Positions 26,986 to 41,410 of a stretch of 64,000 nt of DNA are shown piece after piece (the stretch's first letter is position 1; each line of letters opens with the position of its first letter). The notes under the pieces were generated by a model that made no database searches, was not told the DNA's origin, and was given only the letters and a program-made list of their open reading frames with translations. This stretch comes from Octopus sinensis (taxonomy: Eukaryota). Both the position numbers and the translations under genes were made by a program. The stretch is from the NCBI RefSeq assembly GCF_006345805.1, contig NC_043008.1, positions 60,450,001-60,514,000 on the forward strand, in the 5' to 3' direction.

Positions 26986-28429
26986 ACAGCAACTCCTTAA
27001 CCATTAAGCTTAAATGTTTATTTCCGCATGAAAAATATGTACAGTTGCCAAACAAATATAGTACGAGTAAAAATCAGCTGATGAGCTCGGGAAAAGGACC
27101 AAAACATGAACCCAAACCGTTTGTTGCCTACAAATCTCAGAGAGTGAATTCCCATGAGCAAATTTATTCAGATTTCTTGAAATTATTGTCTTTTCTTGTA
27201 ATGAGTTCTTATAATGTAATACAGAGTTTTAACAAAGTAAAAAAAGCAAATCGTTTAAGGCGTTACATTCACTCCCGACTTAATTGTCCTCAATTCATGA
27301 CATTCTGATTTATTTCCATTATCTACTGGCAAGCTCACATAGATACATAAATATGCAAAGACGCATACATATGTACATACATACGTACATACAAGCATTC
27401 ATTCATACATACATATGTTGTGATACAGGTGCCATTGTAAGATATGCTTTCATGTCTAGATATGCAACTATATGCATCAGAATACATACAAAAACAAAAA
27501 AACAAAACAAAGCATACATATCTGCAAATATACATACGTACATACAAAAATTCCCTATTGTTGATGTTAAAATTCCTATGAAAGAGCCTTGGATCTAGGT
27601 TAGAAACCGGCTCTTTCTCAAGAAATTTTAAAATAAAATTTAACAATCTCATACATACATACAATTGACTATCTGCATAAGCTTAATTTTTCAGAGCAAG
27701 AAATCAACCAGTGAATTCGCACATTACATACACGATCTCTCAGCAGAACGGTAAAAATATGCAAGACTTTTGTCAAGTTTGAAATGAGGCATTATTTTTA
27801 TCTACATTCATGCAATGGAGCTTTGAAAAATTGTTAGAACCCAGCTCCTTCCTCAAAGGAAGAATTCAAATAATTAAAAACAGAAAAAAACATACATATC
27901 TGTGTGTATATGTGTATTTGTATATCATTGTTATATGTATGCGTATGCGCAGGTGTGTATGTTCCTGTGTGAACAGGTAAGAAAGGTGCTTTTATTGTCT
28001 ACCGAGTAGTCCTTATCCTGCAAATTTATCAAATTTGTCACCGATCCTTTTTATAAAGCATGTGTACTTGAACCATCGACTCCGTTTAAAAGTAAAATTA
28101 ATTGCTATTTCTTGCATCTTATAGGTCCAGCAATGGCATAGACGTTGCCAACTTCAGGCACATGATGGTAAAAGTCTATTCCTCATTTTGGCAATTTAAA
28201 CGCTGTTGCACTAGTCAGTGCCTCGAAAAGTATTACCATTTTACAGGATATATAGCGAAGCACCTAGGTGTAGCAACTGAAATCTTACACGTAAATTATC
28301 GTGTAAACCAATGGGTTCTTTATAGGAACGTGCAGCTTTTATGCAATTCTTTGGACGAATCGGAGTGAAATAATGTGACAGCAATAGACGCTTGAATACT
28401 AGATCAAATTAAGTGAGGAAGAGAGGAGA

Positions 28430-29365
<936 letters not shown>

Positions 29366-30516
29366 GGAGTAGGAGAACAAGAAAAAGACAGACAAAGAGG
29401 AAATGCTTTCATCATTGGAGTGGTAATTTATTTATCGATCCCTAAAATGATGAAAAGTAAAGTTGACATTTGCCAGATTCCAACTGAGAACATAGAGATA
29501 GACTAGGAATGAATAAGGCAAGATATTATTTCCGTCGCTCGAGCGATTATGCCAATTTGCCGCCTCACATCGTATGTAGAATCACGTAAAATAATTAAAT
29601 ATATCATAAATCAATAAATCTAATCAATCATCAAAAGTCTGTTTTTCTATTTCATAGTTTCAATATTCGTAATTAGTGATGCTCATCATCAGAATTTAAT
29701 TAAAAGACATATTATAATCATTGTTGTTTTTGTTATGCTGTTGTTGTCTGTTTAGTCATAGGTCGTTACTGATTGATCAAATCTGTGATCAAAGACGTTC
29801 CAACAATGACCATCATGTCTCCTTTTGTCAGGCTATAACGCATCTAGTCTCCATACTTCTAGAAACACATGCGTTTCTCATCCACTTTATGACAGTAGGT
29901 TCTCAAAGTGATGAGAGAGAGAGAGAGTGAGAGAGAGAGAGATCAAGAGAAAGAGAGAGAGAGGAAAGAAAGAGAGAGGGACAGAGAGACAGGGCGAGAG
30001 ACAGTGTGAGAGAAAGATCTACAACATTCTAGCAAAAAAATACTGACCTCGATGCGTTCTGCGACTTGACTAAACTAGACAATAAGCCAAGAGATCACAG
30101 AATACACACCAACTAAATGAGCAGTAGATGGTCGAGGGTATGACCAGTCTAAGACACTTTCAAAATATACCATAAATTGAATTGAAAAACATTCAATAAT
30201 GAAGTACTGGGTAACACTGAATGACAGAAAATGTGACAAGCTGATATCGGCGTCAATTCGCTTGATCAGAGTTCTGTTCAATCAGATTTGATCTGAAGAT
30301 ACATAAAAGCAGCAGAGTCTACAGGAACAACGCTGCGGGTTATGAGGTCGCTATAGTCAAAGGTTAGACATAAAACTATTAATCACTGCAAACCATTGAC
30401 CTTTCCGATACCCTGACTAAAACTAATATTCACCAAATAAGTAAACCGCTCACTCGTAGGCATGAAAATCTAGTGTGCCATGTTTCTATTTCAATATAGA
30501 AGTATTAGTGTAAGGC

Positions 30517-30551
<35 letters not shown>

Positions 30552-30554
<3 letters not shown>

Positions 30555-30694
30555 TTTTCTCTTTTACTTGTTTCAGTCATTTGACTGCGGCCATGCTGGA
30601 GCACCGCCTTTAATCGGGCCAACTCGACCCCGGGACTTATTCTTTTTGTAAGCCCAGTACTTATTCTACCGGTCTGTTTTTGACGAACCGCTAA

Positions 30695-30695
<1 letters not shown>
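30552..30695 (-). mobile_element. SINE group A, 3' fragment inside (TA)n
   Basis: cttttacttgtttcagtcatttgactgcggcc...gaaccgctaag, flanked by TA runs. Confidence 0.88.
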
Positions 30696-30740
<45 letters not shown>

Positions 30741-30752
30741 GTATATATATAT

Positions 30753-30807
<55 letters not shown>

Positions 30808-30842
30808 ATATATATATATATAGAGAGAGAGAGAGAGCTACA

Positions 30843-31509
30843 TATACACATGCATATATAGGTACAGGACGTCACCAAACTGTAAACAATATGAAATACG
30901 AAAGGAAATGAGTTCAATACGCAAACGGTGAGAGAATCAAATGGTAAAGAAGACAAGTAACATGAAGGATGAACCTTCATCAGTTGTCGGCTGTTTATCT
31001 GCTCCTCATTTCGAGCATTGAAGGACAATATGAGTCTTCGAAGAGAGGTGCCAAGATATAATTTGGGACTTATGGAGAGTCAAAGTTGGGAACAAAACCA
31101 AACACGGGGGTCATTTGACCAGAACGAGGGTAAAAATAGCGACCTCTGAAAAAATATTTTCCTTGAGAAGAGAAAAGATATGAGAAGGATAGGATACGAG
31201 CTGTCCTAAGGCATTCGTGAAAGATGATCACCACTGTCGTAAGGACAGCGCGTATCCTATCTCTGTCATATCTTTTCTCTTCTCAAAAAAATATTTTGGC
31301 ACCCATGTGAGTCTTGGAAGTCTGATATTGTCGATCAATGCTCGAAATGAGAAGTAGATAGACAGCCTACAACTGACGAAGGGTCGTTCTTAAGGTAACT
31401 TGTCCCGCTTTCAATTTGTTTCTCTCGTTGTTTGAGTATTAAACTCATTTACTTTTGTATTTCATGTTGTTTACTGTTTAGTGACGTACCCATAGATGCA
31501 TGTGTGTAT
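30843..31509. mobile_element. Foldback repeat with nested inverted arms, probably Penelope-like derived
   Basis: Outer arms 30843-31044 and 31311-31509 are clearly homologous, diverged inverted copies. Inner arms are 31151-31213 and 31235-31297. Each outer arm contains CTGAYGA and CGAAA hammerhead-core words. Confidence 0.75.
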
Positions 31510-31597
31510 GTATATATGTATGTACGTATATGTACGTATATGTACGTATATGTATATATGTATGTACGTATGAATAATTATAATCATACATATTATG

Positions 31598-31646
<49 letters not shown>

Positions 31647-31649
<3 letters not shown>

Positions 31650-32013
31650 ATGAAATGGATAGATGAATTTTCTTGTTACGGATTATTCAAAAGTTTAACC
31701 GATACCTGGGTAGCAAAAATCACAGCAGAAAAAACACGGTTGGAGTTACGACCATAGGGTGTCGCAACCGTGCGTTAGCGCGGATAATTGAAGTTTAATA
31801 TGTTTAGTGAATGGAAGAAATGGAGCTGAACGAAGATTCTACAGAATTCCTTTTATTACATTCTACACATGTTTCAAGGGCCACAAATTTCCAAATTCGG
31901 ATTGAATAAGGATACCATTTTGCAGCTTTCTCTTCAGGAAAATCCAGGAATTAAAATGTCCAAACAAAACCAAAGCGCAGCAAGCAATCCGAACAAAAAC
32001 GCTCCTTAGGAGC

Positions 32014-32017
<4 letters not shown>
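31647..32017 (-). mobile_element. Short Penelope-like-derived element carrying a hammerhead, inserted in (TA)n
   Basis: Same 5' start (ATGGGCTCcTAaGGAGC) and similar 3' end as the 41408-41841 copy; HHR followed by AATAAA; TA runs on both sides. Confidence 0.75.
31861..31940 (-). ncRNA. Type I hammerhead ribozyme motif (degenerate stem II)
   Basis: Minus strand: TTC-CTGAAGA-GAAAGCTGCAAA...ATTTGTGGCCCTT-GAAA-CATGTGTA/GAA. Core CUGAAGA, GAAA and GUA intact; stem II has mismatches and a G-U closing pair. Confidence 0.7.
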
Positions 32018-32065
<48 letters not shown>

Positions 32066-32084
32066 TAGCTGCCCCCTCGTTATC

Positions 32085-32577
32085 GAGTATGGCCATTGCG
32101 CGAAGCTTAATCAATGTTGTTATCGTGCAATGCCTGTGCAAGAATTTTTTTTTAAGTGAGGAAAGGCTGTGCACTGACTCAATCCCACTCACTAAGCAAC
32201 AGCAGCCATAATCCGAAAAGAAGAACAAGTCAACATCATCGGTAACCACTGAGCCGCAGGTTTTATGTCGGAGTTATCCCAGTTACCTGAGTTACCTTAT
32301 CCTTGAAGGATGCCCTAACAAAGGCTAGGAGTCCTACGCTCCCAATGGTTTAACCGTGCGATCGGGTATTCAGTCCGATTATTTCTATGTCTCCGAGCAT
32401 AATACAACTTTAAGACATATATTGGATGGCCGTTGACTCTCAAGAGTTCCTCCGCCCTTTGACGGGTTTTGTTTTTCATCCTGCAGGGTGACCAATAAAC
32501 AACCTCCTGGTGGGGTTGCCGGTTTAGTCGCCGACGACCCGATCATGCAACAGGTTGTACTGGGCTACATGTAAACC
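32085..32577 (-). repeat. Unclassified interspersed repeat, copy 2 (longer)
   Basis: 32361-32577 is the reverse-complement homolog of 18869-19075; the extent further left is inferred. Confidence 0.6.
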
Positions 32578-32589
32578 AATATATATTAT

Positions 32590-32645
<56 letters not shown>

Positions 32646-33667
32646 CATGTATTATATATATATATATTTATATTATATGTATATATATATATACACATGA
32701 ATATTTATACATAAACACAAACGCACACACATACATACACATATTATCTTATTTCTTTATCCGTTTCTGGCATGCGCTAGCACACTACCGTGATTTTTAT
32801 CGTTTACTTGTTTTAGACTTTATGAGAATGGTCAGGCTGGGACATGTATATAATTTATATATACACTCATATATTTTGTATATTACGATATCTATGTATG
32901 TACATTTACTAACGGGCATATGTATATATATATATATATATATATTGATATTGATATATTGTGTGTTTTATTATTTTAACATATAATGTATATTATAAAT
33001 GCTTCTACATGTATATATATTTATACATACATAAAGATATACATATATATATGCGTGTGTATATACGTAATACATGTATATATGTATGTATATAATCTCA
33101 TAAAAGTTAAATAGAAATACACATGTCTGTCTTTTTCAACAGAAATATATCATTAGCGACGGATGTACATAAACACATGCTTATATAATAGGTGTATACT
33201 TAGAGACGTAATAATTGCCTGTTTAGTATCAAAGCGCATATATGCAAAGAGACTAAATATCTACGTACATACATACATATACATATGTGTGTGTTTGAAG
33301 AAAGATGAAATATAGTCAATGAAAGAAAAGTGTGATGGCTATTTAAAGAGAGAACGTTAAATAGTTTGTTGAGAAGATGGCTAGACAGGGGAGAAAAATG
33401 ACTAGTGAATGCAGCTGATTAGATAAATGGCAACCATTATCTCTAACTATTCAAGGTAAGTAAGCTAATAAATTATACAGAATATCGATTACCAATACTG
33501 ATTCCCAGATCACATGCAAAGCAAATTTACGTCTGCCTGTCTGTATCGTTGTATGTGTGTGGAACGTGGGGGTGTGCTCTTGTATGTATACACACCTACA
33601 CACACATATATAATTACATAAATATATATACATATACACACATATATAGACAAATATATATATACAT

Positions 33668-33711
<44 letters not shown>

Positions 33712-33891
33712 TTACAGATTATCTATAATTATGTGTGTATGTATCCGTGTACAACTGTGTATGTGCTTATGTACCATTCGCGGCCTCATGTCCACTCTCA
33801 ATCACAGCAATCGTTCTATATATTTTATAGCTTCCAAGCAATAAGCACCCAAACCCATTTACAAGAACACACACAATATTTTGATTAGCTT

Positions 33892-33949
<58 letters not shown>

Positions 33950-34794
33950 TATGCACCTTACCTCATCGATGACTTTAAAAAACAAGAGGTGAAAATCCTG
34001 GTTTTGGATGTACTTACCTAAAAAGAAAATGGAAAGAGAAATTAAAATAATGAATGAAACGAGTAGATAAAAATACAGAAATACACACACACACAAACAC
34101 ACACACACACACATACACACACAAACACTCTCTGATACACGCAGGGGCTTATATATTTATATTTTTCTTTTCATTTAAAACGTTTCATTTATTGTCTTCT
34201 GACTTTAGAGTGCAGTAATAGTGTGAACAACCTCCAATGATTTATACTCGTTGATATCGCCCTAAATAATCTATTTTTTTAGTCTGAACGTTGCTTGTCG
34301 ATAGCTATTTATCAAACGACGTAAGGTTTTTTTCAAAACCCCAAGCTGATGAACGATGCAGCGGCATACATATTAACATAAACACGGACAAACGTAAATT
34401 TATGTTGGATTCAAAAGCAATTTACTGGCCACAACATGGGTATAGCTGAAAGCATTTGCGAGATATCATCTCAAGTAGGATCAAAATTAGAATTTCCTGC
34501 CTGCGAAATGGAATACGAAACTACTCGGCCAGCCTAAAATTGTATATATATATATATATCATATATTATATATATATATCATTACATACATACATACATG
34601 CATATACATACATACATATATATATATAGATATAGATATATACATACATATATATATATACATATATTTATATATATACACACACACACTCATATATATA
34701 CATATATTTATAATATATATACACACACACACTCATATATATATACATTATATATATACTATATTTTATATATATTAATATATATATATTATAT

Positions 34795-34828
<34 letters not shown>

Positions 34829-36848
34829 CACACTCATATATATATATATGTATACGCTTCTATATTTCTATACAGATATAGAGATGTGTGGCGTGTGTGT
34901 ATGTGTATAGACATGAACATAAGCACACACATACACACACACACACGCAGATTTATTTATTTTCCGATAATATACTTTACGATACCCACAGAGGAACATA
35001 AGTACTTTAATACTAAAAGGAAACTCACTTCAAAATGGAAGTATCATCAACGAATTAATAGGAACTATTTGTCAAAATATAGATTTCATTATTATGTATG
35101 TTCGGATAACCTACTTACCTCTATGTGGTTAAGTAACTTCTATTATTGATATCTGGACACTTTCAATAAAGTATGCAACTCAATTTACCGCGATACTTTC
35201 ATAAGTACCTACACGACAATGTGCATTTGGGAAAAAAAAGAAATGTTGCTTTATATTCTTTACTGAAAATTTCTAGTTTTTAGATAAGATGGTTTTAATA
35301 AAAATGAAAGATGGCCTCTAGTTTCAACTTCGTGTTTTGATTAGATTTAAACAAATAATAATTCGAACCCAACAAAAGTAAAAATGTACACAAACAGAAC
35401 GACATAAAAAGGCTAAAGTATGACCATTAGATATTTTTCTACCTTCAAGAAAAGTAATAAATCTAAATTGAGAGATCCTTGTTGATTTTTAAAGTTGAAA
35501 TTCCGCGGTCGGTTACGGGGGAACTACAAGCAAGTGTCGGTTACATAATGTAAAGTGAAGAAAAGAGTTTAAAATAGATTACAGTTGTTTATGGGATGGG
35601 TGCAGTGGAGGGAAAACTAGTATATTTCTCATTAATGCCTAGATTTATTCAAGTACAACAGTAATTAGAATAAGAAAACATTTTAAGGAAAATCTCATTG
35701 CAGATTTCATATCTATATTTCATGTTTGGCGCATTTCTTTAAAGTTCAAACTTAGCCAAATTCGAAATCTTTTCAATACAATAACCCTCACTGAATCAAC
35801 ATCTCAGTACTAAGTGAAAGTTGTTAGCTTTTTAAAGCAATGGAAATATATAATTTAATCAATATATATAAATATGTGTATGAGTGTGTGTGTGTGTTTG
35901 TGTGTGTAAGCGAGAGAGAGAGAAATTGGGATGACAAAGGAGAAAATAATTCTGTTGTGAACTCCATTACCTTGCAGCCTTTGTGATTTGTCTTTCTCTA
36001 TGCGTTCTAATTTATATGTTTTATGTTCCTCTTTGTCTTCGATGCTGTATCTGTTATTCTATCTGATATCATGGGGCATATCTTTTTCTTTTTACAGATA
36101 TTTCACTATTACCTCTGTGGTTACATATTTTCTACTTCTTTTCATAGAAATTGTTTATATAACTCACATTATTCTAAAATTATTTCATCACAGTTCTAGC
36201 AGGGTCTTCTCCTTATCAAACTTGATTAAGGAGACCTATGATCAAAACACCCAGTTTTTGAGCAAACCGTTTAATTCATAAGTGAAGAGAACCTAGGAGC
36301 GCATAATCCAAAGTTTTTCTTCTAAGGGTTCAAATGTGGAATTTGTTAGCTTTCCTTTAGTAAATCTAACCACAACGCCGCTGGAGGGATTTCCTTTCCT
36401 CGAGCAGTCCTTTTGTAAGACAGTCCGGAGTGAATTTAAAGAAATATTGACTGCAATTAATAAAATTCCAGCGACTCGGTAACGGGCTTTATCGCTCCCT
36501 ATTGTCGATGGGCTCAACGTAAATACCATAAAATATTTAGTTCTGCTCAAGTGCTGCACGCTGTATCAAATTAATTATACATTATCAAAGCTTAACTCCT
36601 TTTGTACTAGCAAAAGACACCCTCATAGTACCGTTTGAAGTCAGGTTTTAGACTACTGAAGAAAAGTAAACTACAGATAACGTTAGTTTTTATTGTCCCT
36701 TTTAACTAGACATTAAACTGTATATCTTAAAAAATTAACCAATAAGCACACGTCCTTTATCGACAACAAAAACTATACAAATATTAAAAGCATAGTGGAA
36801 TAGACATGTAAGAGGACGAGAGAGAGTATGTGTGTATCTATGTATGTG

Positions 36849-36902
<54 letters not shown>

Positions 36903-36986
36903 ATATAAATAATATATAAATATATGCATATATACATATATATATGTACATACCTACATATATATGTATACATACATGCATGTATG

Positions 36987-37125
36987 GGTACAGGACATTA
37001 AAAAAAATCGTTGAACAATGAGAAACAAAAACATAAAATAAAAACATAGAAACGAGACATACAACATGAAGAATATTCCCCTTCTTCAGTTGTCCCTGTT
37101 TCATCTACTCCACGTTGCGAAGGTG
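36987..37125 (-). mobile_element. Fragment of a sister subfamily of the 30843 repeat
   Basis: Shares ggtacaggac at one end and aacatgaag..at..ccttc.tcagttgtc..ctgttt.atct.ctcc.c.tt.cga at the other with 30861-31015. Confidence 0.6.
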
Positions 37126-37154
37126 TGTATATACATATATATATATATTTATCT

Positions 37155-37286
37155 ATTTATTTTATAGAAGGAGCTTCTACAGGACTAGAACTGTTTCATT
37201 CAAATGAAATCATCAGGAAGCTTTCTGATGATTTCATTTGAATGAAACAGTTCTAGTCCTGTAGAAGCTCCTTCTATAAAATAAAT
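37155..37286. ncRNA. 132-bp palindrome with a hammerhead motif on each strand
   Basis: Arms pair perfectly except one G/T, centred on AAGCTT (37218-37223). Plus strand: AGCTTT-CTGATGA-T(TTC ATTT GAA)T-GAAA-CAG-ttctagtc-CTGTA/GAAGCT. The minus strand is the same except stem I reads AGCTTC. Confidence 0.8.
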
Positions 37287-37352
37287 TAATTTACTCTGCT
37301 ATGTATTGAGTACCTTATTTACTGTGGTTAACCCCGACTCAACCCGGGACCT

Positions 37353-37408
<56 letters not shown>

Positions 37409-38134
37409 CATAAACCTTGAAAACTACTCGCTTACGATGCCGGAGTATAGTTGGATTTTTATGGTGTTTAGGCCAGGAGTACAAAGCTCACACCCATCGC
37501 TGGATAAATGTCCATGTATTCATGGCATTCCTTTTCAGTCAAGAGCATATGTCCAATACGGATACAATGAATGCCCAGGAATACAGCGTTTGAGAACATG
37601 AAAGTTAAACTATGTATAAGAATACTAATATTGAATATATTTAATGAGAAGATTAAAATTTATCAACCTAGGAGAATTAGAAAACGAATAAAACGTATAG
37701 AAATATGTGTGGTACAATATGTTAGGCTATTACTTGGTAGACTTGTTTAATTTACGAGTGTTAAAACATGTAAAAATGAAAGGAAAATATCCCTTTCAAA
37801 AAAAGTACCACCTGATTCGCAAACAGAATTAGTTACGTAATGAATAGCAAGGAAACAATAAAGATTCCATATGAAGAACGAAACAGCTTCAAGTAAGTCT
37901 AAACATATTTTCGTGTTTGCAAATTGAAAAAGTAAATAGAAAAAAAAAAAAAAAAAAACAAAACAAACAAAAAAAGGTACGATAACCAGGTATCACTTTC
38001 TACATAATTTATTTTATTAGCGAGGCCTTATATATTAATATGCTCATTCATTGAAAAAAAAATTTTTTTTCAATAAGAATTTGTTTTCGCTATACTGGAA
38101 TACACTATTTCATCATCCTACTCCTCCTTATCGT

Positions 38135-38195
38135 CTTCCTATTATTATTATCATTATCATTATTATTATTATATTATTATTATTATTATTATTAA

Positions 38196-38243
<48 letters not shown>

Positions 38244-38290
38244 CATTATTATCATCATTATTATTATCATTATTATTATCATCATTATTA

Positions 38291-38329
<39 letters not shown>

Positions 38330-38334
38330 TTGTC

Positions 38335-38365
<31 letters not shown>
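38135..38365. repeat. Compound (ATT)n/(ATC)n/(AGT)n trinucleotide repeat
   Basis: Direct inspection; gives the poly-I/L/S ORF. Confidence 0.95.
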
Positions 38366-38369
<4 letters not shown>

Positions 38370-38922
38370 TTGCCGTTGTTAATATTTTCCACGCATTCTA
38401 CATTATAATTATTACTATATGCATTCATTTTGGAAGCATGAGAGGGAGAGTGGCAGAGAAGACGAGAAACGAAGAAAAGCTATTCGTACATTCTTTTTTT
38501 TAGTATTTAATACGTATTTTCTTTTTACTTTCATTTTTACTTTCCTCGTCTTTCTTTTACTTCTCACTTATTTTCTTGTATATTTTTTCAGTACGTTTTA
38601 GAAGAAAATGAATAGAAAATGTAATCAGACTTTGAGTCACAGAAGCACTTGATGGTAAAACTAAATTATCGAATGCAATATATATATCATGGAAGATGAA
38701 ATTTTAATGAATATCGCGGAAGAGAGATAATATAACAAAACCCACACTGAAAAATATCACCTCATCTCTTCTTTCTTTCTGCGGTGGCTTAATAAAAACT
38801 GTACAGAAGAGAAATTCACAAGAAAATTTGTAAACGTAAAGACAAAAGTTAATTTTCCATACATCTACCGGGAATTGAAGATGCAGGTTTGTATGTACAT
38901 GTGTACATATGTACATACGCAC

Positions 38923-38989
<67 letters not shown>

Positions 38990-39257
38990 GCTGTTTGTAT
39001 ATCTATCTATCTATCTATCTATCTAGCTATCTGTATGTCTATGTATGTATGTATGTATGTATGTATGTATCTATCTATCTATCTATCTATCTGTCTATCT
39101 ATTTGTCTATCTATCTATCTGTGAAAATACTCATACTGGCAAATGCATATGTATGAGAAGACGAAAGAATTGTATGTTTGTAATTGTATATTTGTAAATA
39201 CTAACAAGCACACACATATACATATCTGTATGTATGTAAATATGTATGTATATACAT

Positions 39258-39296
<39 letters not shown>

Positions 39297-41351
39297 TATG
39301 TATGTACAACAGACATAAGCACACCGACATAAATGTGAATATATACATGTGTGTGTGTGTGTGTAAATATATTTATGTACGAATGCTGATATGTTTACAT
39401 GTTTGTGTGTTTGCACTTTGTCTCGATCAATAAAAAGAATTTTCTCCATAGATGTTTCTCAATCTATACAATGTATACAGATTCATACGCACACATACAG
39501 AAACGCATATTACATATATACGTATCTATATATGAAAAACACGTAGATATAACAAATGAATGCATATTTATATACATACGTGTATGTGTGTGTAAATGTG
39601 CGTAAATGTTTTGGAATTACAATGCCTCACATGTCCTTACTGCTAGAATTACTGCTTATGTGTGAATGAATGACGAGATATATATGTTGCCAAGACTGAC
39701 ATCGATAGGGTAAATTTGATCATGCCCATTGATAAATTGTTGCAGTCTAACGGGAAACAAACAAGTATGACATGTAAGTACAACATTCGATATAGATAAA
39801 CATTTAGGCCTGTTTCAGAACTGATGGGAAGCATAAGAGAATCGTCTTCTAACTAATGGCACCTTGCGTTAAAAGGCGAGTGATATAAAATTTGCTTTCT
39901 GTCAGTGGTTTTCTAGCGAAGTCTCCCTGGCGAAATTTTGTTGTTCTCTCTGTCTATCTGTCTGTCTCTGTCTGTCTGTCTGTCTCTCTCGCTATGATAT
40001 TTATTCACTCATTTATTTTCGTTTTGTCTTGAAGGAGGGGCTGTGTCCATGCTTTTACTGATTCTACGAGATAGGTTGGATGTTAGCGGTACCATTTATT
40101 CCAGCTCAATTGTTTCCTATTGACACCTACAGTTAAGATTGGTACATTTGGCGGGGAGTTGGTGTGGTTCTTCGTACTGGGATAAAATACTACTCTGTGT
40201 CTACTGAGTTGTTTTGACTCTTATTTCTAGCAATGCTGATACTATCTTAGTGTCTTCCGTCACTTTAGTGACATCTGTAAATTTGCCTTTAGATTGTTAA
40301 ATTACTAATAAACCACGATATTATTTGTAGTTTTCACTTTTAGCGTTTTTAAAATCAGCTATGATGTCAACGGGTTCCTTATAAGCTGACAAGGTTAGTT
40401 GAGTTTAACGCTAGGCACAGAAAGAGCCACCGAAGAGATTATAAGATGCCCTACATCAAACTTCGAATTTGGATTTGGCTGTCAGCTAGGGAGCTTATCT
40501 CCCTTGTCAGCCATTACCATAGTGTTCTGTGATAAATTGGACTTGGACTAGGTTAAAATGCGACTTAATCACATATTCGTATTAATCGAAAAGATGTACA
40601 GTATTAACTAAGTTGTATGCAAACTCAATACCACATAATATGTTTCCATCACTTGGACTTCATTTTACGCTGAGCATTAAACTTCCGATGTGCTGCGTCA
40701 TGAACATTTCATAGAAAACTTTCTCAAGATAGATTACGATGTCTGGCCATCTGTTAATGATATATAGCTGCTACATAATTTTACCACATAGCTTTACTCT
40801 ATATTCAAGTGTGACGACGAATGTGCGTACGCATGAATGCACAAAGCACACACCTACGCACACGCAAATATAAGTGAACCGTGAGGAAACTTCAAAGGTT
40901 TCGGCCTGTTCCCAGACGGCGGTACGGAAATATAATTTAATATTTAGCTTTCATTTTAAATTCGTTTTTCTCGTAAATTAGGCACCTAATGATTGATTAT
41001 TGTTAATAATTGAGAAATTTTCAGTCGATATCTTTTTTTGCCGTTGACATAAGTGCATGTGTGCTAGTCTATATGCACATATGAGTGTGTATGACTGTGT
41101 GTGTGTGTGTGGTTATGTCTAAGTGCATTTACGTGTGTGGCTGTATATATATACTTGTATATATGTACACAGCATGATCTCTCATGGAACTTGTATAGTA
41201 CCGTGTTAATCGGCCAAAGGACTCACGAGGTATTGTAGATCCCAACACCCAACAATTGGTTTGTTGCTCGAAGCTTGACTCGTGGTTAGTGTCGAATGAC
41301 TAATAGGTCCCACGCAAGCCTTAAATGCCATATATTCATGAGCGATGGGGA

Positions 41352-41407
<56 letters not shown>

Positions 41408-41410
<3 letters not shown>

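Noticed and set aside
27075-27115. CTGATGAG hammerhead-like word
   Set aside because: It is followed by CAAAA rather than GAAA, with no stem III or NUH.
28102-28368. 88-aa ORF, or a 43-nt exon at 28125-28167
   Set aside because: The acceptor is good but the donor is weak, the peptide is not recognisable, and it has no compatible neighbouring exon.
36293-36559. 88-aa minus ORF with an overlapping ~60-codon plus frame
   Set aside because: No recognisable motif and the splice signals are ambiguous; a BLAST search would be needed to settle it.
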